From NCBI RefSeq assembly GCF_050717635.1, contig NZ_JBOITO010000039.1, positions 21,000 through 44,999 of the forward strand: a stretch of 24,000 nt of DNA, in the 5' to 3' direction. Positions 1-7,055 of this stretch are shown piece after piece. Every line of letters begins with the position of its first letter. The stretch's first letter is position 1. The notes beneath the pieces are model-generated. The model ran no database searches, was not told the origin of the DNA, and saw only the letters and a list, made by a program, of their open reading frames with translations. The position numbers were made by a program, and so were the translations under genes. The DNA comes from Clostridium sp. (GTDB taxonomy: Bacteria; Bacillota; Clostridia; Clostridiales; Clostridiaceae).

Positions 1-486
1 AACAAAGGTTTAACATTTGAGCAGGTAATGATAGAAGAATGCACTAAACTTAAGAGCATTAAATTAAATGTACCAATTACTTTTTATAATCATAAAAATA
101 TAACTGTAGTTCCAAAAAAAGTTGAAGATGAAGATCATCTTGTTAATTCTAAATCACTATCATACGTTCGCATCCCTGTTACTGATGGTAAAATACCTAC
201 TGATGACATGGTGGATTTCTTTGTTCTACTCGTAAAATCACAACCCAAAAATACATGGATACATTTTCATTGTAAACAAGGCATAGGAAGAACTACTACT
301 TTTATGATTATGTATGATATGATGAAAAACTCCAATGAAGTTTCAGCTGATGATATTATAAATAGACAACTCTTACTAGCAAATTTTGATGAAAGTCATA
401 TTAAATCTTTTAATAATAATGAGAGAATTAATTTTCTACAGAACTTCTATAAATACTGTCAGAAGTATAGTAATGATTTTTACTAA
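1..486 (+). CDS. PTP-like phytase / Cys-dependent phosphatase domain protein. This is the C-terminal part; the 5' end lies outside the window.
   Basis: Frame 1 is open from base 1 with no upstream stop (NKGLTFEQV precedes the first Met at 28). The P-loop HCKQGIGRT (HCX5R[S/T]) is at 268-294. The upstream YVRIPVTDGKIPTDDMVDFF context is typical of the PTP-like phytase family. Confidence 0.75.
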   Translation, partial: NKGLTFEQVMIEECTKLKSIKLNVPITFYNHKNITVVPKKVEDEDHLVNSKSLSYVRIPVTDGKIPTDDMVDFFVLLVKSQPKNTWIHFHCKQGIGRTTTFMIMYDMMKNSNEVSADDIINRQLLLANFDESHIKSFNNNERINFLQNFYKYCQKYSNDFY

Positions 487-2026
487 ATGGAGTGACTTTA
501 AAAAAACTCTTAAAACTAATAATTATATAAAAAACCCTACAACTCCTACTTATTTATATGTAATTTCACAAAATATAATGACTTCTAGTGAAAGAACAAT
601 GGTATCTACCCTTCAAGGTCTTGTTAACAGACAATCCATTAGTCAAATATACACACTTAGTAACGCTCAGCCTGATTACCAAATATGGCTGGATGATTTA
701 GTAAATAATTATGGGGTTGCATATGAAATCATCTCAGATCCCTTTCGATTATTAGATATATTTAAAGACTATATTGAGGGTTATGTACTTTATAATAATA
801 GTTCCCTAAAAGACCCTTCTATAAATAATGCTTGTTCACTTGCTTCGTTAAATAATTGCATTGCAGTTGATGAAGATATCCAGGATAAAGTACTCCTCTA
901 CGGAATAACAAAAATAAAAGGCGACTGTCGAAACACAGATGAAAAATGGGCCTACGATAATTTATGGAATTCTGGTCTAAATCATTCTATAGTAATTCAA
1001 CTATCCCCAAGCAAAGTTTCCGCTTTAAGAGACTATGGAATAATGACTAAATCCTTAATATTTTATGAAGATAAAATAAACGATACATCTCTTCGCGATA
1101 AAATATTTTCATCTATGGAAAAGGACTCTATTTGTCTGGGTTGGGGACCTGATGAATTTATTAATATTAGTACAATTTCAAAATATGGCATTAGTATGGT
1201 TGCTGCAGATTGGTCTTATAATTTAACTGTATTAAGTGCATTCCCCTCATTACCTATGACTCAAAGGGCGTTAATGAACACCGAAAGCAAAGAAAATGTT
1301 CATAATGTAACATTCATAATGTCCGATGGAGATAATCAGCAATGGAATCTTGGAACGCAATATGGTTCTACCAAATGGTATGGTTCTCCTTATAGGGGTG
1401 ATTTTAATTTAGGGTGGTCCTTAAGCCCATCTTTATACTACCTTGCCCCTACAGTATTTAAACTATATTATGGAAGTGCAGCTCATGGATTTACTAACGA
1501 TTATTTTATAGTGCCACCATCTGGAAATGGCTATATGTTCCCAAGTAAATTTCCTAAGAATACGCTTGATATATATATTAATAGATTAAATGATTATATA
1601 AAAAAAACTGATGAGAAATATGTATCAATTATAGATTACTACTCTTTTCATAATACTGATCTTTGGGCTAAATTTACTGATAAAGATAATATAAAGGGAC
1701 TATTTTATCTTGATTATGATAAACATGATAACTACAACGGAGAAATTATTTGGTCTAATAATAAACCTATAGTAGCCTGTAGAGACCTCCTTTGGGATAA
1801 TCTTGAAAACGAAGATGATTTAATTGAAATTATTAATAAGCGAACTTCGTCTGGCCAAGTTGATATTTATAACTCTAATAGTTACACCTTTGTTTATGTT
1901 CATGCCTGGAGCAAAAACCTTAGCAATATTGAAAGGGTTGTAAACAAACTAAAGGAAAATCCTAAAGTTGCCATAGTCACACCTGAAACCTTTATGGAAC
2001 TTATAACGAAAAATGTTAAACATTAA
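473..2026 (+). CDS. GxGYxYP-family protein, a putative glycoside hydrolase-like protein of unknown specificity.
   Basis: Long ORF in frame 2. The family signature GNGYMFP is at 1523-1543, and the N-terminal LYVIS...STLQGLVNRQ block is typical of the family's N-domain. Start chosen at ATG 473, the last ATG upstream of the conserved N-domain, which overlaps the phosphatase stop by 14 nt. The SD is weak, so the start is uncertain (alternatives 386 and 419). No signal peptide is visible. Confidence 0.7.
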   Translation: MIFTKWSDFKKTLKTNNYIKNPTTPTYLYVISQNIMTSSERTMVSTLQGLVNRQSISQIYTLSNAQPDYQIWLDDLVNNYGVAYEIISDPFRLLDIFKDYIEGYVLYNNSSLKDPSINNACSLASLNNCIAVDEDIQDKVLLYGITKIKGDCRNTDEKWAYDNLWNSGLNHSIVIQLSPSKVSALRDYGIMTKSLIFYEDKINDTSLRDKIFSSMEKDSICLGWGPDEFINISTISKYGISMVAADWSYNLTVLSAFPSLPMTQRALMNTESKENVHNVTFIMSDGDNQQWNLGTQYGSTKWYGSPYRGDFNLGWSLSPSLYYLAPTVFKLYYGSAAHGFTNDYFIVPPSGNGYMFPSKFPKNTLDIYINRLNDYIKKTDEKYVSIIDYYSFHNTDLWAKFTDKDNIKGLFYLDYDKHDNYNGEIIWSNNKPIVACRDLLWDNLENEDDLIEIINKRTSSGQVDIYNSNSYTFVYVHAWSKNLSNIERVVNKLKENPKVAIVTPETFMELITKNVKH

Positions 2027-2102
2027 TTTAATCTATGACCCGCTCTATGTCTTCACCTCTACTACTAGGGTATTATGCTGTAATTAAGGTGACGACTCCA
2101 TT

Positions 2103-2156
2103 CCAGTAAATGGATGGAACGAAGTGAAATCTGTTTACTGGTTGCTACTTTTTATT
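2103..2156 (+). terminator. Possible rho-independent terminator for the GxGYxYP gene.
   Basis: CCAGTAAA (2103-2110) pairs with TTTACTGG (2134-2141), with an inner GAT/ATC extension and a large loop. It is followed by TTGCTACTTTTTATTT. It sits about 75 nt after the stop, and the long loop weakens the call. Confidence 0.4.
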
Positions 2157-2168
2157 TGACTACACACA

Positions 2169-2191
2169 TGCCACTTGCCACGTGGGTGGCA
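2169..2191. repeat. GC-rich nested palindrome: TGCCAC-T-TGCCAC-GTGG-GTGGCA, containing the perfect 8-mer palindrome CCACGTGG.
   Basis: Read directly. TGCCAC occurs at 2169-2174 and 2176-2181, GTGGCA at 2186-2191, and CCACGTGG at 2178-2185. The block is about 65% GC in a roughly 30% GC genome. It abuts the TAG stop (2193-2195) of the minus-strand reductase gene, and no U-run follows on either strand. Confidence 0.6.
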
Positions 2192-2192
2192 C

Positions 2193-3050
2193 CTAATAAA
2201 AATCGCTTAAACATTTACTAATTGCTTGTTCAGTAAAGTTAAAATGTATATCATAATCTTTCAGTTTATCATTTGATATACGAAGGTCTCTACACTGAAT
2301 TTTATATTTTTCTATATCCTTTACTAATATATCTTTAATCCTATGTGCTATTCCCATTTTTTTAAGGACTATTTCTCCTATTTCGTATGTGCTTAGATTA
2401 TTTTCACTACCTGCATTATATATTCCTTTATTTAGATGAATAATTTTATCAAAGTTTTCAATCAAATCATACACATAGGTTATTCCTCTATATTCTTTTG
2501 AAGGAAGTTTTATACTCTCATTTTTTAGTGTAGCCTTTACTACATTCCAAACTATGTTTGAATTTACCTTTATACATCTTTCGGGAAGACAAAAAAGCCA
2601 GGTAAGCCTTAAAATAACTATGTCATCCATAATTTCAAGTATTCCCTTTTCAGCCAGTAACTTGTGATTACCATATACAGTATTAGGTAGAGCTACGCAC
2701 TCTTCATTATATGGACCAACCTCAGTGTTTCCGTTATATACCTGATCAGAGCTTAAAAATACCAATTTTGCTTTTGCCTCTAAGCATCCTTTAGCTACAT
2801 TTATTGAGCCTTTTACATTCGTATTATAAGACTTCTCTGGGTTAGTTTGGCAAAAACCTGTATCGGACAAAGCAGCGCAATGTATTACATAGTCAGGGTT
2901 ATATTTTATTATGGTCTTTATAGTTTCTTTTTCATCAGTTATATCTAAATTGCTATGATTAATTCCAATAACATTATAATCTTTTTCATAATACTTAATA
3001 AATCTTGACGCAAAAAAGCCCTGTGATCCAGTAATTAATATTGTATTCAT
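2193..3050 (-). CDS. NAD(P)-dependent SDR of the RmlD (dTDP-4-dehydrorhamnose reductase) substrate-binding-domain family.
   Basis: N-terminal Rossmann motif ILITGSQGFFASR, catalytic YxxxK (YGNHK), and a length of 285 aa typical of RmlD. Start moved to ATG 3050 (MNTILITG) because GGAAAGGA sits 9 nt upstream, while the track start at 3059 abuts the SD. No rmlABC partners are present, so the substrate is unknown. Confidence 0.75.
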   Translation of the reverse strand: MNTILITGSQGFFASRFIKYYEKDYNVIGINHSNLDITDEKETIKTIIKYNPDYVIHCAALSDTGFCQTNPEKSYNTNVKGSINVAKGCLEAKAKLVFLSSDQVYNGNTEVGPYNEECVALPNTVYGNHKLLAEKGILEIMDDIVILRLTWLFCLPERCIKVNSNIVWNVVKATLKNESIKLPSKEYRGITYVYDLIENFDKIIHLNKGIYNAGSENNLSTYEIGEIVLKKMGIAHRIKDILVKDIEKYKIQCRDLRISNDKLKDYDIHFNFTEQAISKCLSDFY

Positions 3051-3095
3051 TATTAACATCCTTTCCTATACTATTTTTTCATTCTACTTTTTTAA

Positions 3096-3123
3096 TTGAC
3101 AGTGCCTAATCTTATTGTATCAT
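3096..3123 (+). promoter_or_regulatory. Sigma-A-type promoter candidate with no downstream plus-strand gene.
   Basis: TTGACA (3096-3101), a 16-nt spacer, then TATCAT (3118-3123). A perfect -35 is uncommon in this AT-rich background. The only plus-strand element downstream is the hairpin terminator at 3195-3236. Confidence 0.4.
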
Positions 3124-3190
3124 ACCGGCATGAACTGGTTAATTAATGTTATCTGTTAGTTTTCATTTAACCTTTAACAATACTTTATAA

Positions 3191-3236
3191 CAAAAACCTA
3201 CTGAAATTATTTATATATTTCAGTAGGTTTATATTT
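3191..3236. terminator. Bidirectional rho-independent terminator.
   Basis: Perfect 13-bp inverted repeat AACCTACTGAAAT (3195-3207) / ATTTCAGTAGGTT (3217-3229) with a 9-nt loop. An A-run lies upstream (a T-run on the minus strand) and TATATTTTT lies downstream. It sits 30 nt past the end of the BCCT remnant. Confidence 0.75.
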
Positions 3237-3259
3237 TTAAAATGTATAACTTCAATTTT

Positions 3260-3616
3260 CTATTTTACATCTCCATCATCTATTGATTTTGTTAGTTTCT
3301 CAAACCATTTCACATCTCTAATTTTCTTTTGTTTTCTATGTGATACATGAAGACTCTTGACGAGAGATATGGCGGTTATTATAAGTATTATGGAAAATGG
3401 AAGTCCTGTACTTATAACTGCAGTTTGAAGGGCTGCTAATGCCTTTTCTCCTCCTATAAGAAGAAGTACTGCTGCTAGTAATCCCTCCATACAAGCCCAA
3501 AATACTCTTTGAGGAATTGGCGAATCAAGTTTTCCACCTGATATTATATTGTCTACAACTATAGATCCCGAATCGGAAGAAGTAATAAAAAATGATATTA
3601 TTCTAGTTAAATTTAA
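3260..3616 (-). pseudogene. 3'-terminal remnant (about 118 codons) of a BCCT-family betaine/carnitine/choline transporter gene.
   Basis: Extending the 76-aa track ORF upstream in frame to the stop at 3617-3619 gives [88 protein letters not shown]. This matches the conserved last transmembrane helices of BCCT carriers, which are normally about 500 aa. There is no start, SD or N-terminal 75% of the gene, and the fragment begins 25 nt after the pepF stop. Confidence 0.8.
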
Positions 3617-3640
3617 TTAAGCTATCTACTAATGCCTTTA

Positions 3641-5449
3641 TTATCCTTCTATTTCCTCAGTAAGCTTTATTATCTCATCGATTATATTACCAATATGTTC
3701 TATAGTATCAAGCAGAGGTTTTTCTGTGGTTATATCTACTCCAGCCATTTTCGCAAGCTCTACTGGTGTTTTAGTTGAACCAGCTTTAAGTACCTCTCTC
3801 CAATCATCTATAGCTGGCTTACCTTCATTTAAAATTCTCTTACTAACTTCTGTTGCTATAGTAAGTCCTGCACTATAAGTATAGGAATAAAGTCCCATAT
3901 AATAATGAGGCTGTCTCATCCAAGTGAGTTCTGCTCCATCAATTATCTTCACATCATCTCCCCAGAACTTTTCAAGTACACTTCTTTTTATTTCATTAAG
4001 ATTTGTAGCCTGAACGCTTCCTCCCTGGTCAATTATGTTGTATACTTCTCTTTGATAAACAGCTTCTAAAAGGTGAGTTACAAAGTTATGATAATACGTA
4101 TGTCCTATCATTGAGGATAAAACCCATCTCTTAAATCTAGGATCATCATTAACTTTCATAAGATAATTTGCCATAAGCATCTCATTCATCGTAGATGGTG
4201 CTTCGACAAAATATGTTGAAACATCTGTATCAAATATATTTTGATTTTTGTTACATAACTGAAAGTGTCCTGCATGTCCAAGCTCATGAGCTAGTGTAAA
4301 GACCTCTGCCATTTTTTCGGTCCAAGAAATTAGAATAAAAGAATGGTTTCCATAAGGGCTCGCACAGAAGGCTCCTGTAGATTTTCCCTTGTTTTGTGCA
4401 AAATCAATCCACCTTTCATCATAAGCTCTTTTAATCATAGAAAGATAATCTTCACCAAGGATGCATAATGCCCCTTCAATATATTTTTTAGACTCCTCTA
4501 TTGTTATATTAGGTTCGTAGCCTGGATCAACTGAAACCTTCAAATCTGCAAAAGTCATTACATCTAGTTTGTGTATTTTTTGAAGAAGCCTAGCATACTT
4601 TCTCATGTGAGGTGCTAGCTTTTCCATAATTGTGTCTAGCTGCCTGTTATATAATTGCCTATTTACCTTTTGGGAAAATAGCAAACTGTCTATAACAGAA
4701 TCAAACCCTCTAAGTGTTGCCATTGTTTTTTCCTTTTGTACTTGAGTTTGATAAGCAGCCGCTACAGTATGCTGATATTCCCTTAATTTACAAGAGAACG
4801 CTTCAAAAGCAGCTCTACGGAGCAATGTATCATTATCAGATTCCCATTCATCTTCAAAAAGTCCAAAACTAAGTGGATGCTCCACTCCTTCTACAGTAAA
4901 GTCATTGAAGTCCATATCCGCAAGTTTAGCTCGTTCATAAATGTTATAAGGAGCTTCTAAGGTTCCCGTTAAAGCAGCTAATACTCTTTCTACTTCTGGA
5001 TGAAGTGCATGTTCCTTGTCTCTTTTTATATCATTTAAATAATTGCTATTTTCCTTTGACTCACTTATTGCATCTTCAATATTTTTTTCATCTGCTTGTA
5101 TAATTTCGCTTTTTACAAAGCTCATTCTGCTACTTATGTCCGATGCTATATTCATATACTGCATAGCTCTGTCTTGATTTTCGTTGTTCGTATTGTCCAC
5201 CGAAACTGCAAGCTCTACATAAGCTCCTGTAAGGTACATAATCTGGGCTATCTCTCTCACTTTATCCAAACACTTATTTATGTTGCTTGCTGTATTCAGC
5301 CTTTCTTTATAATTTTTCTCTAGCTCAAAAGCAAGTCCCTGAAGCTCTTTTACAGCTGAATTATATTGCTGCTCTGTTGCATAAATAGCAGATAAATCCC
5401 AAGTAAGTGATTGCTCTACATCTTTTCTATCCTTTAAAACTTTACCCAT
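3641..5449 (-). CDS. pepF: Oligoendopeptidase F (M3B metallopeptidase).
   Basis: 602 aa with the zinc motif HELGH (TLAHELGHAGH) and overall PepF-like sequence. Start set at ATG 5449 (MGKVLKD), with AGGGGG 7 nt upstream. The track start at 5485 has no SD. Confidence 0.9.
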   Translation of the reverse strand: MGKVLKDRKDVEQSLTWDLSAIYATEQQYNSAVKELQGLAFELEKNYKERLNTASNINKCLDKVREIAQIMYLTGAYVELAVSVDNTNNENQDRAMQYMNIASDISSRMSFVKSEIIQADEKNIEDAISESKENSNYLNDIKRDKEHALHPEVERVLAALTGTLEAPYNIYERAKLADMDFNDFTVEGVEHPLSFGLFEDEWESDNDTLLRRAAFEAFSCKLREYQHTVAAAYQTQVQKEKTMATLRGFDSVIDSLLFSQKVNRQLYNRQLDTIMEKLAPHMRKYARLLQKIHKLDVMTFADLKVSVDPGYEPNITIEESKKYIEGALCILGEDYLSMIKRAYDERWIDFAQNKGKSTGAFCASPYGNHSFILISWTEKMAEVFTLAHELGHAGHFQLCNKNQNIFDTDVSTYFVEAPSTMNEMLMANYLMKVNDDPRFKRWVLSSMIGHTYYHNFVTHLLEAVYQREVYNIIDQGGSVQATNLNEIKRSVLEKFWGDDVKIIDGAELTWMRQPHYYMGLYSYTYSAGLTIATEVSKRILNEGKPAIDDWREVLKAGSTKTPVELAKMAGVDITTEKPLLDTIEHIGNIIDEIIKLTEEIEG

Positions 5450-5489
5450 TTTAAAGCCCCCTATATATATATTTTTTGGTATCATTTAT

Positions 5490-5518
5490 ATTTTATAACT
5501 TATTATTGATTTAGTCCA
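5490..5518 (-). promoter_or_regulatory. Candidate pepF promoter.
   Basis: On the minus strand: TGGACT (rc of 5513-5518), a 17-nt spacer, then TAAAAT (rc of 5490-5495), about 40 nt upstream of the pepF start. Confidence 0.35.
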
Positions 5519-5633
5519 TAGAATACTGGAATGCATGGCGTTAATCCTTCCTTGTTCTTGATCAAACAAAGGTTGTTTCTATACTGTACCATGCATGAAA
5601 AGAGCCAAAAATCTAATTTTTTCTCAAAAATGG

Positions 5634-5663
5634 TTGAACATATACGTTATAGGGATATATAAT
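5634..5663 (+). promoter_or_regulatory. Candidate promoter of the MFS transporter gene.
   Basis: TTGAAC (5634-5639), an 18-nt spacer, then TATAAT (5658-5663). Confidence 0.45.
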
Positions 5664-5746
5664 AAAACGTAATGATTAATAGAAGTATCCTACCCATTAA
5701 ATTTAAACTTATAATATTAATCTTATCCAAACGAGGGGGCAAAACT

Positions 5747-6934
5747 TTGAAGAAAACGAGAAATCAAAAACCTACTACTTATTTTACTAAATTAATAGCA
5801 GTATCCGTTGGACATTTTTTTAACGATCTTTATATGAACTTAATTCCACCTATTTTATTTTTATTTGTTCAAGAGCTTGGGTTAAGCCTAGCAGAACAGG
5901 CCTTCATCGCCTTTGTAATTACAAGTAGCGGTTCTTTTGCTCAACCAATTATTGGCTATTTTGTTGATAAGCGAGGTAAGCCATGGCTTTTGATTCTTTC
6001 TTTAGTTTGGATTTCCTTTTGGATGTCTATCTCTGGAATAATTACAAATTATTATTTATTGGTTATTATATTAGGACTAGGTGCCTTAGCATCTGCCCTA
6101 TTCCACCCATTAGGTTCAGCCATAGCTGTAAAACTCGGCAAAAAATCAATGGGCAAAAGCTTATCTATTTTTATGACTATTGGAGGCTTTGCTGCTTCAG
6201 TATCTCCAATGATAGCTATTCCTATTGTAAAAGTTTATGGACTAAAGGCACTAGTATTTTTCATGATTCCTGGTATTATGGTTGCTTTATATCTGTACTT
6301 AGCTCAGGTTCATAAGGTAGACATGAAACAAATGCAAACGAATATGAAAGCAAAACGCGAAAAATTTGATTTTCATTCTGCAAAATGGGTTTCTGTATTA
6401 GTCTTTGTTTCAACCAACAAAGTACTAATTAAAATTTTCTTGATCACCTTTGGCGCACAGATTATGCTATCAAAACAGGTTGATATTAAGATTGCAGGTA
6501 TAATATTGTCTGTTTATTTATTTGCTAATTCTCTTGGTACTATTATAGGTGGCTATTTAAATGATATGATTGGGAGTAAAAAAGTATTAGTGATATTTAA
6601 TGTACTAGCACCCTTCTGTATGATGTTAATCGTGTTCACCACGGGTATCCCAATGGTTATTGGCTTTTTATTCATGGGACTTACCTTAAGTGGATCCAAT
6701 ACTGCCAATATTGTAATGGCCCATGAGTTAATGCCAGAGAATTTAAATGTTGCAACGGGATTAATTATGGGACTATCAGGAGGGCTTGGAGGACTTCTTA
6801 TGCTTTTATTCGGGAAAATAGCAGATATCCAGGGCTTGATTACCAGTGCTTCTTATTTATTAATACCTTTAGTATTGGTAACCTTACTTACTATTTTATT
6901 ACCAAGTGAAAAATCTAGGTTAAATAACATATGA
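5747..6934 (+). CDS. MFS transporter, Fsr (fosmidomycin-resistance)-like family.
   Basis: About 12 predicted hydrophobic helices. The blocks GHFFNDLY...QPIIGYFVDKRGKPW and FHPLGSAIAV parallel Fsr's SHLLNDMI...QPVVGYWTDKYPMPW and FHPESSRVA. Start moved to TTG 5747, with GAGGGGG 7 nt upstream. ATG 5672 would lie almost at the predicted transcription start and has no SD. Confidence 0.8.
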   Translation: MKKTRNQKPTTYFTKLIAVSVGHFFNDLYMNLIPPILFLFVQELGLSLAEQAFIAFVITSSGSFAQPIIGYFVDKRGKPWLLILSLVWISFWMSISGIITNYYLLVIILGLGALASALFHPLGSAIAVKLGKKSMGKSLSIFMTIGGFAASVSPMIAIPIVKVYGLKALVFFMIPGIMVALYLYLAQVHKVDMKQMQTNMKAKREKFDFHSAKWVSVLVFVSTNKVLIKIFLITFGAQIMLSKQVDIKIAGIILSVYLFANSLGTIIGGYLNDMIGSKKVLVIFNVLAPFCMMLIVFTTGIPMVIGFLFMGLTLSGSNTANIVMAHELMPENLNVATGLIMGLSGGLGGLLMLLFGKIADIQGLITSASYLLIPLVLVTLLTILLPSEKSRLNNI

Positions 6935-6992
6935 GATGTTAGTAACATTAGGATTATCTTCCTCACTTCAGATGAATCTTAGTATATAATTG

Positions 6993-7001
6993 TGATATAA
7001 T
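6993..7001 (+). promoter_or_regulatory. Possible extended -10 promoter element upstream of the SNF2 gene.
   Basis: TGATATAAT (TGnTATAAT) is at 6993-7001, 55 nt before ATG 7056. No good -35 is present. Confidence 0.3.
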
Positions 7002-7055
7002 TAGCTTAATTAATTGAAATAATTGCGAAGATATTTTCAAGAAAGGATAAGAATA

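Noticed and set aside
2035-2109. A 24-codon ORF (MTRSMSSPLLLGYYAVIKVTTPFQ) inside the GC-rich spacer.
   Set aside because: There is no Shine-Dalgarno sequence upstream of the ATG. The ORF runs into the stem of the putative terminator hairpin. Chance ORFs of this length are expected, so nothing supports coding here.
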